Shown piece by piece: positions 33,975 through 43,226 of a stretch of 45,692 nucleotides of DNA (position 1 is its first letter; each line of letters begins with the position of its first letter). A model generated the notes under the pieces. The model searched no databases. It was not told the DNA's origin and saw only the letters and a list, made by a program, of their open reading frames with translations. The translations under genes were made by a program, and so were the position numbers. Origin of the DNA: a virus. Lineage: Duplodnaviria; Heunggongvirae; Uroviricota; Caudoviricetes. Location of the stretch: the IMG/VR virus record IMGVR_UViG_2651869695_000008; one strand, given 5' to 3'.

Positions 33975-34271
33975 TCAGAATTCCATCTGGATTTGTTCAG
34001 AACGCTCGGTTGCCGCCGGGCGTTTTTTCTTTGTGATTTCATCAAGCGCATACTTAAAAGCCCTACTAATCGGACTGATGTCTGATGCCATTCCGAAAGC
34101 ACACAAGACCGAAGCAATAAACCTCCAGTCTGTTCTGCTTATCTTCGATTCATGACAGCCAATCATCTTTGCCAGACCGCGCTGGGTAAGCGTTGACAGG
34201 TTGATGAGTAAATCTGTTTCTGCGCGATCAACGTCGCGCTGTGATAGTTTGCTGTAACTTGTTTGTGTCAT
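33975..34271 (-). CDS. cII: CII-like transcriptional activator (lambda CII C-terminus, divergent N-terminus)
   Basis: Ends ...KKKRPAATERSEQIQMEF as in lambda CII; position between cro and O. Confidence 0.7.
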   Translation of the reverse strand: MTQTSYSKLSQRDVDRAETDLLINLSTLTQRGLAKMIGCHESKISRTDWRFIASVLCAFGMASDISPISRAFKYALDEITKKKRPAATERSEQIQMEF

Positions 34272-34325
34272 TTCTTACTATTCCCATAGGTAAATAATCA
34301 CTAACACTCATCTTTCGATGAGTGC

Positions 34326-34360
34326 TTAATTAGTTACCGCGTTGTCGGCGGTGCAGATTG
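34326..34360 (-). promoter_or_regulatory. nutR-like site (boxA CGCTCTTTAT, boxB hairpin ACCGCCGACAACGCGGT)
   Basis: Minus-strand motifs between cro and cII; boxA matches the boxA upstream of N. Confidence 0.5.
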
Positions 34361-34377
34361 ATAAAGAGCGGTGTTAC

Positions 34378-34638
34378 TTATGCAGCCAGAAGGTTCTTTT
34401 TGCTTATTTCAAGCATTTCGCTTGCTTGATATTTGCCACCAGAAATCTCTTCGATTTTTGATGCGTATTTAGTTTTCCCAAAAAACTCAGTCTTAGGGAG
34501 GAAGCCGTTTTTGAGCCACTTATAGACAGCCCTTTCGCTAACTCCACAAGCCTTCGCAACTTCAGGGATGCCGACACCTTTAATCGGCTCATCAAGATTT
34601 TGCATAGGAATACCCTTTTTCGTACTTTCAGTACGCAT
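34378..34638 (-). CDS. cro: Cro-like repressor (true start may be the internal Met at 34605)
   Basis: Small helix-turn-helix ORF (GIPEVAKACGVSERAVYKWLKNG) divergent from cI. Confidence 0.6.
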   Translation of the reverse strand: MRTESTKKGIPMQNLDEPIKGVGIPEVAKACGVSERAVYKWLKNGFLPKTEFFGKTKYASKIEEISGGKYQASEMLEISKKNLLAA

Positions 34639-34683
34639 TATGATTGAACTGAAAGTTTTTGCAAGTGCTTTAGTATCGTACTC
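34639..34683. promoter_or_regulatory. Divergent promoter/operator region (OR-like) between cro and cI
   Basis: 45-bp gap between divergent repressor genes; TTGCAAG and CGTAC motifs recur upstream of N. Confidence 0.45.
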
Positions 34684-35391
34684 ATGGTTCAGAATGAAAA
34701 AGTGCGCAAAGAATTCGCCCAGCGGCTAGCGCAAGCCTGTAAAGAAGCTGGTCTTGATGAACATGGTAGGGGAATGGCCATAGCCCGTGCCCTTTCTCTT
34801 TCGTCCAAAGGCGTTAGCAAATGGTTTAATGCTGAGTCTTTACCACGCCAGGAAAAAATGAATGCGCTTGCGAAATTTCTAAACGTTGATGTTGTTTGGC
34901 TTCAGCACGGCACTTCGTTAAATGGAGCGAATGATGAAGATACTTTTTCAATTGTTGGCAAATTAAAAAAAGGGTTAGTGCGCGTGGTTGGTGAGGCAAT
35001 TCTTGGTGTTGATGGTGCCATCGAGATGACCGAAGAGCGCGATGGGTGGCTCAAGATTTATAGCGATGATCCAGATGCCTTTGGTCTTCGTGTAAAAGGA
35101 GACAGCATGTGGCCCAGAATTAAATCAGGAGAATATGTACTCATTGAGCCTAACACCAAAGTATTCCCAGGTGATGAAGTGTTTGTCAGAACCATTGAAG
35201 GGCACAACATGATCAAGGTTCTTGGCTATGACAGAGACGGAGAATACCAATTTACAAGCATCAATCAAGACCACAGGCCAATAACGTTGCCTTATCATCA
35301 AGTAGCAAAGGTGGAGTATGTGGCTGGTATTTTGAAGCAATCTCGCCACCTAGATGACATCGAGGCAAGGGAATGGATTAAAAGTTCGTGA
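34684..35391 (+). CDS. cI: CI-type prophage repressor (helix-turn-helix plus LexA-like S24 peptidase domain), heteroimmune to lambda
   Basis: 235 aa; C-terminal region with GDSMWP and K of the Ser-Lys dyad; not lambda cI sequence. Confidence 0.8.
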   Translation: MVQNEKVRKEFAQRLAQACKEAGLDEHGRGMAIARALSLSSKGVSKWFNAESLPRQEKMNALAKFLNVDVVWLQHGTSLNGANDEDTFSIVGKLKKGLVRVVGEAILGVDGAIEMTEERDGWLKIYSDDPDAFGLRVKGDSMWPRIKSGEYVLIEPNTKVFPGDEVFVRTIEGHNMIKVLGYDRDGEYQFTSINQDHRPITLPYHQVAKVEYVAGILKQSRHLDDIEAREWIKSS

Positions 35392-35488
35392 CTTCATCGT
35401 CACATAGCTGGTAACCAATGGCCTGAAGAGACGTTTGGGTGACAAGAAGCATAGGTATTAACAATAACTTTCATGGTGATACGAATCA

Positions 35489-36031
35489 GTGGCTAAAAAA
35501 GGCGACTTTAAGCCTACCCAGAAAGAGGTTGACCAAGCTATTACTCGCTTGAAAAAAGTAACTTTTAGCGGAGTTTCGTGGACCGGAAGTGAGGGACGAA
35601 CCCCAATCTGGTTTAAATTGGATCTCAAAGCTTTTGATGAAATTGGCAACCCAATCACAGGCATAAGATTTATGCTTCACTGGCGTTCTCCTATCGTTGA
35701 AGGGGTGGATATAGTGAAGCTTTCATTTGTGATGTTTCTTCATGACAGGCGCATTTACGCGCTTGACCCGTACCCTGCGCATAACAAGTCACACCGTAAT
35801 AAATCTATAGTGCACCATCCAGATTTTGTTGAGGTGGCTCGAGGTCCTCACTATCACATGTACTTCGAATCAGCTGGGGAAGAAATTGCACTCAAGCTTG
35901 AAACGAACATCAAGCCAGATGATTTTTTTGGCTACTGGAATTATTTTTGCGAGGCGCTTAATATCATATATGAAGGCAGCCCACCTTTACCGAATCAAGA
36001 TAAATCAGGTCAGCTATCATGGGAAATGTAA
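35489..36031 (+). CDS. Unknown protein X1 (180 aa), first gene of a two-gene operon in the rexA position; GTG start
   Basis: ORF downstream of cI on the same strand; no recognisable motif; overlaps the start of the next gene. Confidence 0.55.
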   Translation: MAKKGDFKPTQKEVDQAITRLKKVTFSGVSWTGSEGRTPIWFKLDLKAFDEIGNPITGIRFMLHWRSPIVEGVDIVKLSFVMFLHDRRIYALDPYPAHNKSHRNKSIVHHPDFVEVARGPHYHMYFESAGEEIALKLETNIKPDDFFGYWNYFCEALNIIYEGSPPLPNQDKSGQLSWEM

Positions 36032-36795
36032 CGTGTTCAACAGTCATATCTAAGCTCGGGTTTGAATGCCACCCAATGAGCGACACGTTGCTGCGCGTTA
36101 TTAGTCCCTTCACATACTACGATGATTGTGAGCAGATAAGCGTATTCGTTCAAGAGATGAGTGGTCAGTATAGGGTTACAGACTACTGCGATACATTGAT
36201 GAATATTGAATCACGCGGCATCCACCTGACTAAAAAGAAAATTGATCTGATCAGGTCATCACTCGCTTCGCAAGGAATTTCATTAAATGACTCTGGAGAG
36301 ATATCTGCGTGGGCAGATGAGTCGTCCGTTGGACAGGTAACTGCAAATGTTATTCGTGGTGGGATTCTTGCATCCGCCCAAACTGCTGATTGGTATGCTG
36401 AGGTCAAAGACGATAAGTTCGAAAAATGTGTAATCAGTTACTTAAAATCAGCAGGGCTTGGGAAGCGACTAGCCTTAAAGGAAAAAGTGAAAGGTATTAG
36501 TGGGCATAACATTACTGTTCCGTTAACGCTAAGGAATGAGTCTCGACTAATACCACCAAAACGCGGGTTTACGGTAAGCCTTGCCAGCAGTAAAGGATGG
36601 AATACTGCCCACTCAACAGTTGGGAAGATTGTTGACTTAAGTCAGGTCGTTCCTGACATAAACAATAGATTTGTAATAGTTGACAGCGATGGGTTAACAC
36701 CTGAGCTACAGCAACTATCACTACTATTTAATGATACCGCACGAGTGTTGCCATTCCATACCAGAGACTCTTGGATTGACTCTCTGGTAGCCTAG
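36019..36795 (+). CDS. Unknown protein X2 (258 aa), second gene of the operon in the rexB position
   Basis: Start overlaps X1 stop (coupled); followed directly by an intrinsic terminator; no recognisable motif. Confidence 0.6.
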   Translation: MGNVTCSTVISKLGFECHPMSDTLLRVISPFTYYDDCEQISVFVQEMSGQYRVTDYCDTLMNIESRGIHLTKKKIDLIRSSLASQGISLNDSGEISAWADESSVGQVTANVIRGGILASAQTADWYAEVKDDKFEKCVISYLKSAGLGKRLALKEKVKGISGHNITVPLTLRNESRLIPPKRGFTVSLASSKGWNTAHSTVGKIVDLSQVVPDINNRFVIVDSDGLTPELQQLSLLFNDTARVLPFHTRDSWIDSLVA

Positions 36796-36826
36796 AAAAA
36801 CCCGGCCTCTGCGCCGGGTTTTCTTT
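36796..36826 (+). terminator. Intrinsic terminator ending the cI-X1-X2 unit
   Basis: AAAAA-CCCGGC-CTCTGC-GCCGGG-TTTTCTTT. Confidence 0.7.
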
Positions 36827-37085
36827 ACCTCACGTTCGCCTCCCCTATTTAACATCCGCATATGTGCTAACCCACGAACTAACACGCCAGCAATACAGTC
36901 CTTTCTCCCCTACAGACCAATCTTCAATCTTTGCAAAAATAAATTTCATTACATATCAAAAACTTATCTAATAAAATTAAAGAGTTGCAAAATCTCGTAC
37001 TTGCAGTTCTTGATAATATCGAACCATTAGTTCATTATTATCGCCGTCAGCAGGATGCTGGCAGCCAAACGGAACAGATTGGCAG

Positions 37086-37119
37086 GCTCTTTAACTTCGA
37101 TGGGGCGCTGACAAAGCGC
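37086..37119 (+). promoter_or_regulatory. nutL site, P22 type (boxA GCTCTTTAA, boxB GCGCTGACAAAGCGC)
   Basis: boxB hairpin matches the P22 nutL boxB as recalled; immediately upstream of N. Confidence 0.6.
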
Positions 37120-37238
37120 AAACAGATACCAAACGAGATGGATTTGGCGGTGATGTGAATTGCAGCTGCAACGACAGCAACCAGAAGATCAGCATCTGGC
37201 ACATCACCCCCAAAGCCATTTCACATGAGGAAAACATC

Positions 37239-37580
37239 ATGACGGTAATCGTGTACGGGAAATCAACATTTGCAGGAAATGCCAAAACTCGCCGTCATGA
37301 GCGGCGCAGAAAGCTGGCTATCGAGCGTGATGCTATATGCAACATCATCGATTCGATCTTCGGCACAGACAGTGAGGAACCTGTTCAGGAAGCCCCGAGA
37401 AAACGTTTAAGCCTTTCTGAAAAAGCAATATCACTCGGAAGCCTTCGCTGCCAGAAGGCAGAAGAAGTCGAGCGTAAACAGAACCGTATTTACTACCGCA
37501 AGCCACGCAGTGAAATGGGTGTGACTTGCTCAGGCCGCCAGAAGCAACGCGGAAAATCAATTCCAGCTTATTACGATTGA
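37239..37580 (+). CDS. N: Antiterminator N (P22-type arginine-rich motif, lambda-like C-terminus)
   Basis: MTVIVYGKSTFAGNAKTRRHERRRKLAIERD matches the P22 N arginine-rich peptide; C-terminus VTCSGRQKQRGKSIP resembles lambda N. Confidence 0.8.
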   Translation: MTVIVYGKSTFAGNAKTRRHERRRKLAIERDAICNIIDSIFGTDSEEPVQEAPRKRLSLSEKAISLGSLRCQKAEEVERKQNRIYYRKPRSEMGVTCSGRQKQRGKSIPAYYD

Positions 37581-37850
37581 GGTGAGCCATGCTCAAGAAA
37601 GTCAAACGCCGACTTTACAAAGAAGGTAGATATTCATGCCAGTTGCAAAAATGCGACACAACAAAATGGAGTGTCGATGATTGGTGTAACTGGATAGATA
37701 GATACGGAACTTGGTGGGATAAATAACAGGTAACTTAAGCGTATTTACTTTCGCAGCAAACAACTTATTTGAGGTGATATATGGAAGAAGAATTTGAAGA
37801 GTTCGAAGAGCATCCTCAGGATGTGATGGAACAATACCAGGACTATCCGT

Positions 37851-38051
37851 ATGACTACGACTATTGATAAAAATCAATGGTGTGGACAATTCAAGCGATG
37901 CAATGGATGCAAGCTGCAATCGGAATGCATGGTTAAGCCTGAAGAAATGTTTCCTGTAATGGAAGATGGGAAATATGTCGATAAATGGGCAATACGAACG
38001 ACGGCAATGATTGCCAGAGAACTTGGTAAACAGAACAACAAAGCTGCCTGA
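37851..38051 (+). CDS. ral: Restriction alleviation protein Ral
   Basis: 66 aa matching lambda Ral. Confidence 0.85.
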   Translation: MTTTIDKNQWCGQFKRCNGCKLQSECMVKPEEMFPVMEDGKYVDKWAIRTTAMIARELGKQNNKAA

Positions 38052-38233
38052 TAGTGACCTTTATTTTTGGCATAAATAACAGAATAAACACTGCACTGTG
38101 TATTCATTCCAACGAGTGAATACACGGAGCAATGTCGCTCGTAACTAAACAGGAGCCGACTTGTTCTGATTATTGGAAATCTTCTTTGCCCTCCAGTGTG
38201 AGGGCGATTTTTTATCTATGAGGATATGAATAG

Positions 38234-38602
38234 ATGTCAAACATCAAAAAATACATCATTGATTGCGACTGGAAAGCATCAATGGAAATTGAAATCGACC
38301 ATGACGTAATGACAGAGGAAAAACTTCACCAGATTAATAATTTCTGGTCAGACTCTGAATACCGACTCAATAAACACGGCTCTGTATTAAATGCTGTATT
38401 AATCATGCTGGCGCAACATGCTCTGCTTATAGCAATTTCAAGCGACTTAAATGCATATGGTGTTGTGTGTGAGTTCGACTGGAATGATGGAAATGGTCAG
38501 GAAGGATGGCCTCCAATGGATGGTAGCGAAGGAATAAGAATTACCGATATCGATACATCAGGAATATTTGATCCAGATGATATGACTATCAAAGCCGCCT
38601 GA
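38234..38602 (+). CDS. Ea10-like protein
   Basis: 122 aa matching lambda Ea10. Confidence 0.75.
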   Translation: MSNIKKYIIDCDWKASMEIEIDHDVMTEEKLHQINNFWSDSEYRLNKHGSVLNAVLIMLAQHALLIAISSDLNAYGVVCEFDWNDGNGQEGWPPMDGSEGIRITDIDTSGIFDPDDMTIKAA

Positions 38603-38674
38603 GCGCGGCGTTACCGCATACCAATTACGCTTCACTCGAGGCGTTTTTCGTTATGTATAAATAAGGAGCACACC

Positions 38675-38818
38675 ATGCAATATGCCATTGCAGGGTGGCC
38701 TGTTGCTGGCTGCCCTTCCGAATCTTTACTTGAACGAATCACCCGTAAATTACGTGACGGATGGAAACGCCTTATCGACATACTTAATCAGCCAGGAGTC
38801 CCCAAAAATGGATAAAAA
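38675..38818 (+). CDS. cIII: CIII (FtsH inhibitor)
   Basis: [46 protein letters not shown]; below the track length cut-off, found by reading the sequence. Confidence 0.8.
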
Positions 38819-38951
38819 ACTTATGGCTATCCAGACAAAATTCACTATTGCCACTTTTATTGGCGATGAAAAGATGTTTCGTGAGGCCGTCGACGCTTAT
38901 AAAAAATGGATATTAATACTGAAACTGAGATCAAGCAAAAGCATTCACTAA
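38811..38951 (+). CDS. kil: Kil
   Basis: [47 protein letters not shown] matches lambda Kil. Confidence 0.75.
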   Translation, partial: DKKLMAIQTKFTIATFIGDEKMFREAVDAYKKWILILKLRSSKSIH

Positions 38952-39322
38952 CCCCCTTTCCTGTTTTCCTAATCAGCCCGGCATTTCGCGGGCGATATTT
39001 TCACAGCTATTTCAGGAGTTCGGCCATGAACGCTTATTACATTCAGGATCGTCTTGAGGCTCAGAGCTGGGCGCGTCACTACCAGCAGATCGCCCGTGAA
39101 GAGAAAGAGGCAGAACTGGCAGACGACATGGAAAAAGGCCTGCCCCAGCACCTGTTTGAATCGCTATGCATCGATCATTTGCAACGCCACGGGGCCAGCA
39201 AAAAAGCCATTACCCGTGCGTTTGATGACGATGTTGAGTTTCAGGAGCGCATGGCAGAACACATCCGGTACATGGTTGAAACCATTGCTCACCATCAGGT
39301 TGATATTGATTCAGAGGTATAA
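38906..39322 (+). CDS. gam: Gam (RecBCD inhibitor)
   Basis: 138 aa matching lambda Gam. Confidence 0.9.
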   Translation: MDINTETEIKQKHSLTPFPVFLISPAFRGRYFHSYFRSSAMNAYYIQDRLEAQSWARHYQQIAREEKEAELADDMEKGLPQHLFESLCIDHLQRHGASKKAITRAFDDDVEFQERMAEHIRYMVETIAHHQVDIDSEV

Positions 39323-39327
39323 AACGG

Positions 39328-40113
39328 ATGAGTACAGCACTCGCAACGCTGGCTGGGAAGCTGGCTGAACGTGTCGGCATGGATTCTGTCGACCCACAGG
39401 AACTGATCACCACTCTTCGCCAGACGGCATTTAAAGGTGATGCCAGCGATGCGCAGTTCATCGCATTACTGATCGTTGCCAACCAGTACGGCCTTAATCC
39501 GTGGACGAAAGAAATTTACGCCTTTCCTGATAAGCAGAATGGCATCGTTCCGGTAGTGGGCGTTGATGGCTGGTCCCGCATCATCAATGAAAACCAGCAG
39601 TTTGATGGCATGGACTTTGAACAGGACAACGAATCCTGCACATGCCGTATTTACCGCAAGGACCGTAATCATCCGATCTGCGTTACCGAATGGATGGATG
39701 AATGCCGCCGCGAACCATTCAAAACCCGCGAAGGCAGAGAAATCACGGGGCCGTGGCAGTCGCATCCCAAACGGATGTTACGGCATAAAGCCATGATTCA
39801 GTGTGCCCGCCTGGCCTTCGGATTTGCTGGTATCTATGACAAGGATGAAGCCGAGCGCATTGTCGAAAATACCGCATACACTGCAGAACGCCAGCCGGAA
39901 CGCGACATCACTCCGGTAAACGATGAAACCATGCAGGAGATTAACACTCTGCTGATCGCCCTGGATAAAACATGGGATGACGACTTATTGCCGCTCTGTT
40001 CCCAGATATTTCGCCGCGACATTCGCGCATCGTCAGAACTGACACAGGCCGAAGCAGTGAAAGCTCTTGGATTCCTGAAACAGAAAGCCGCAGAGCAGAA
40101 GGTGGCAGCATGA
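39328..40113 (+). CDS. bet: Bet (Red-beta single-strand annealing protein)
   Basis: 261 aa matching lambda Bet. Confidence 0.95.
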   Translation: MSTALATLAGKLAERVGMDSVDPQELITTLRQTAFKGDASDAQFIALLIVANQYGLNPWTKEIYAFPDKQNGIVPVVGVDGWSRIINENQQFDGMDFEQDNESCTCRIYRKDRNHPICVTEWMDECRREPFKTREGREITGPWQSHPKRMLRHKAMIQCARLAFGFAGIYDKDEAERIVENTAYTAERQPERDITPVNDETMQEINTLLIALDKTWDDDLLPLCSQIFRRDIRASSELTQAEAVKALGFLKQKAAEQKVAA

Positions 40114-40790
40114 CACCGGACATTATCCTGCAGCGTACCGGGATCGACGTGAGAGCTGTCGAACAGGGGGATGATGCGTGGCACAAATTACGGCTCGGCG
40201 TCATCACAGCTTCAGAAGTTCATAACGTAATAGCAAAACCCCGCTCCGGAAAAAAGTGGCCTGACATGAAAATGTCCTACTTCCACACCCTGCTGGCTGA
40301 GGTTTGCACCGGTGTGGCTCCGGAAGTTAATGCTAAGGCGCTGGCATGGGGAAAACAGTACGAGAACGACGCCAGAACTCTGTTTGAATTCACTTCCGGC
40401 GTGAATGTTACTGAATCCCCGATCATCTATCGCGACGAAAGTATGCGTACCGCCTGCTCTCCCGATGGTTTATGCAGTGACGGCAATGGCCTTGAGCTGA
40501 AATGCCCGTTTACCTCCCGGGATTTCATGAAGTTCCGGCTCGGTGGTTTCGAGGCCATAAAGTCGGCTTACATGGCCCAGGTGCAGTACAGCATGTGGGT
40601 GACGCGAAAAGATGCCTGGTACTTTGCCAACTATGACCCGCGTATGAAGCGTGAAGGCCTGCATTATGTCGTGGTTGAGCGGGATGAAAAGTACATGGCG
40701 AGTTTTGACGAGATGGTGCCGGAGTTCATCGAAAAAATGGACGAGGCACTGGCTGAAATTGGTTTTGTATTTGGGGAGCAATGGCGATGA
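40110..40790 (+). CDS. exo: Exo (lambda exonuclease)
   Basis: 226 aa matching lambda Exo. Confidence 0.95.
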   Translation: MTPDIILQRTGIDVRAVEQGDDAWHKLRLGVITASEVHNVIAKPRSGKKWPDMKMSYFHTLLAEVCTGVAPEVNAKALAWGKQYENDARTLFEFTSGVNVTESPIIYRDESMRTACSPDGLCSDGNGLELKCPFTSRDFMKFRLGGFEAIKSAYMAQVQYSMWVTRKDAWYFANYDPRMKREGLHYVVVERDEKYMASFDEMVPEFIEKMDEALAEIGFVFGEQWR

Positions 40791-40969
40791 AGCATCCTCA
40801 CGATAATATCCGGGTAGGTGCGATCACTTTCGTCTACTCCGTTACAAAGCGAGGCTGGGTATTTCCCGGCCTTTCTGTTATCAGAAATCCCCTGAAAGCA
40901 CAGCGGCTGGCTGAGGAGATAAATAATAAACGGGGAGCTGTATGCACAAAGCATCTCCCGTTGAGTTAA
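40781..40969 (+). CDS. Hypothetical small protein (lambda early-left small ORF type)
   Basis: 62-aa ORF overlapping exo stop. Confidence 0.45.
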   Translation: MAMKHPHDNIRVGAITFVYSVTKRGWVFPGLSVIRNPLKAQRLAEEINNKRGAVCTKHLPLS

Positions 40970-41133
40970 GAACGAGTATCGAGATGGCACATAGCCTCGC
41001 TCAAATTGGAGTCAGGTTTGTGCCAATACCAGTAGAAACAGACGAAGAATTTCATACGTTAGCCGCATCCCTTTCACAAAAGCTGGAAATGATGGTGGCG
41101 AAAGCAGAAGCAGATGAGAGAGACCAGGTATGA
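40942..41133 (+). CDS. Hypothetical small protein
   Basis: 63-aa ORF in compact same-strand array. Confidence 0.45.
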   Translation: MHKASPVELRTSIEMAHSLAQIGVRFVPIPVETDEEFHTLAASLSQKLEMMVAKAEADERDQV

Positions 41134-41209
41134 CAACCACTGAATGCATTTTTCTGGCAGCGGGCTTCATATTCTGTGTGCTTATGCTTGCCGACATGGG
41201 GCTTGTTCA

Positions 41210-41425
41210 ATGACACCTCAGCAAGAAAACGCCCTTCGCAGCATTGCCCGTCAGGCTAATTCTGAAATCAAAAAAGCCAGACAGCAGTTTCCGGATAAAA
41301 ACGTCGATGACATTTGCCGTAGCGTACTAAAGAAGCACCGCGAAACGGTAACGCTGATGGGATTCACACCGACTCATTTAAGCCTGGCGATCGGCATGTT
41401 GAACGGCGTCTTTAAGGAACGGTGA
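41210..41425 (+). CDS. Hypothetical small protein
   Basis: From MTPQQENALRSIARQANSEIKK...; 71 aa. Confidence 0.45.
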   Translation: MTPQQENALRSIARQANSEIKKARQQFPDKNVDDICRSVLKKHRETVTLMGFTPTHLSLAIGMLNGVFKER

Positions 41426-41523
41426 ACATGAAAAGCAAAATCATCAGGGAGCTACAGGCTCCTTTTTTATTATTCGCATTCACCCTCAAGCGTATTAACC
41501 AACAATTCAGGGATTAATGAAAG

Positions 41524-41745
41524 ATGGCAGACATAATTGATTCAGCATCAGAAATTGAAGAATTACAGCGCAACACAGCAATAAAAATGCGCCGCCTGAA
41601 CCACCAGGCTATATCTGCCACTCATTGTTGTGAGTGTGGCGATCCGATAGATGAACGAAGACGACTGGCCGTTCAGGGTTGTCGGACTTGTGCCAGTTGC
41701 CAGCAAGATCTGGAGCTTATCAGTAAACAGAGAGGTTCGAAGTGA
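41524..41745 (+). CDS. TraR/DksA-family zinc-finger protein
   Basis: 73 aa with CCECGDPI...CRTCASC four-cysteine finger. Confidence 0.6.
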   Translation: MADIIDSASEIEELQRNTAIKMRRLNHQAISATHCCECGDPIDERRRLAVQGCRTCASCQQDLELISKQRGSK

Positions 41746-41955
41746 GCGAAATTAACTAGAAGCCAAAGATAAAATCATCGCTGAGCAGGAGAAAATCGCT
41801 AACGGAGAAAAGACAGTAAGTCAGTATATGAAAACCGCATGATATCATCAGATAAAAATCGGTCGTAAAGCGAAATATTAATACCAGAACAAACGAGTCG
41901 AGGTAAATTATATTACCTCGATAAATTAACTAAAACTTGCCCGCTATATACTATA

Positions 41956-42558
41956 TCATTCAGTATCATCACGCGCGGTCTGTGCATATGTCACTACCGC
42001 ACCTAATATATTAATTTTCTTTTCAACATAGATAATATTATCGTACTCATAATTGCCATACGGATAGCAAATGCGAATATTCTCATGTAGATCGGGGTCA
42101 TCCACCTCAGCTCCAGAACAACTTTTTGAACTACCGGAAGTATACCGATACGGTGCAACATAAGACGATGTCTCTCCAGGCAAAAAATAAGTTAGTGTCG
42201 TAAGGGGTATAATCAGAAAAAATCCAGCAAATATGCACATCCCTGCATAAACCTTAAGGTATGCTGACAGACTCTTCCAGCCGCTTTGTTTTACTATCCC
42301 CTTCTTAACCCAAAACAGAGATAACAGAAAAGCTATTCCCATGCTAAACAGAATGTAATAGTGGAATATACTCTGATTAAGAAACGTGACCCTGTAGATA
42401 TCTGCCCGCCACCAGAAGAAAAGGAAAATAAAGATCAGCCCTGAAACTGTCATGCAAATCAAATAAGGATACGAATCTTTTTTCATGTTTAGCGCCCATA
42501 AAATTTTTCCTGACCCGGACAAATTTACCATCCATTTTTTGCGCAGAAAATAGCTCAT
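41956..42558 (-). CDS. Membrane protein of unknown function (about 4 TM helices plus Cys/Tyr-rich C-terminal domain); AT-rich moron
   Basis: 200-aa ORF on the strand opposite to all neighbours; atypical composition. Confidence 0.5.
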   Translation of the reverse strand: MSYFLRKKWMVNLSGSGKILWALNMKKDSYPYLICMTVSGLIFIFLFFWWRADIYRVTFLNQSIFHYYILFSMGIAFLLSLFWVKKGIVKQSGWKSLSAYLKVYAGMCIFAGFFLIIPLTTLTYFLPGETSSYVAPYRYTSGSSKSCSGAEVDDPDLHENIRICYPYGNYEYDNIIYVEKKINILGAVVTYAQTARDDTE

Positions 42559-42800
42559 TACTTACTGCACAATAATACACAAAATTGCGTAAATTTTTTG
42601 CATGGATTTTAGCTCTTTCAGCCGACATTTAAGGGGTAAATAGCATTTCCTAAAAGCAACTGCACCAACCCAACAGAATGGGCTACCGCTTACGTTGAGA
42701 GCAAAAAAGTGTATAGCAGCAATGAACAGCATCCTCGCACTGACGAGGATTTCTTTTATCTGAACTCGCTACGGCGGGTTTTGTTTTATGGAGATGATAA

Positions 42801-42968
42801 ATGCACTTCCGAGTCACAGGTGAATGGAATGGAGAACCATTCAACAGAGTTATCGAAGCCGAGAACATCAGCGACTGCTATGACCACTGGATGCTGTGGG
42901 CGCAGATAGCACATGCAGACGTAACCAATATTCGAATTGAAGAACTGAAAGAACACCAAGCCGCCTGA
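42801..42968 (+). CDS. Small hypothetical protein upstream of xis (55 aa)
   Basis: MHFRVTGEWNGEPFNRVIEAENISDCYDHWMLWAQIAHADVTNIRIEELKEHQAA; ORF below track cut-off; terminator follows. Confidence 0.5.
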   Translation: MHFRVTGEWNGEPFNRVIEAENISDCYDHWMLWAQIAHADVTNIRIEELKEHQAA

Positions 42969-42985
42969 TGGCGGTTTTTTCTTGC
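42958..42985 (+). terminator. Intrinsic terminator-like hairpin plus T-run
   Basis: GCCGCC-TGAT-GGCGG followed by TTTTTTC. Confidence 0.45.
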
Positions 42986-43007
42986 GTGTAATTGCGGAGA
43001 CTTTGCG

Positions 43008-43226
43008 ATGTACTTGACACTTCAGGAGTGGAACGCTCGCCAGCGACGCCCAAGAAGCCTTGAAACAGTTCGTCGATGGGTGCGCGAATGCAGGATATTC
43101 CCTCCTCCGGTTAAGGATGGAAGAGAATATCTGTTCCACGAATCAGCGGTAAAGGTTGACTTAAATCGACCAGTAACAGGTAGCCTTTTGAAGAGGATCA
43201 GAAATGGGAAGAAGGCGAAGTCATGA
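43008..43226 (+). CDS. xis: Excisionase Xis
   Basis: 72 aa matching lambda Xis. Confidence 0.9.
   Translation: MYLTLQEWNARQRRPRSLETVRRWVRECRIFPPPVKDGREYLFHESAVKVDLNRPVTGSLLKRIRNGKKAKS

Noticed and set aside
37782..37868. 28-aa acidic peptide ORF (MEEEFEEFEEHPQDVMEQYQDYPYDYDY) overlapping the ral start
   Set aside because: Has a plausible start but is very short and overlaps ral; cannot be distinguished from chance without expression data.
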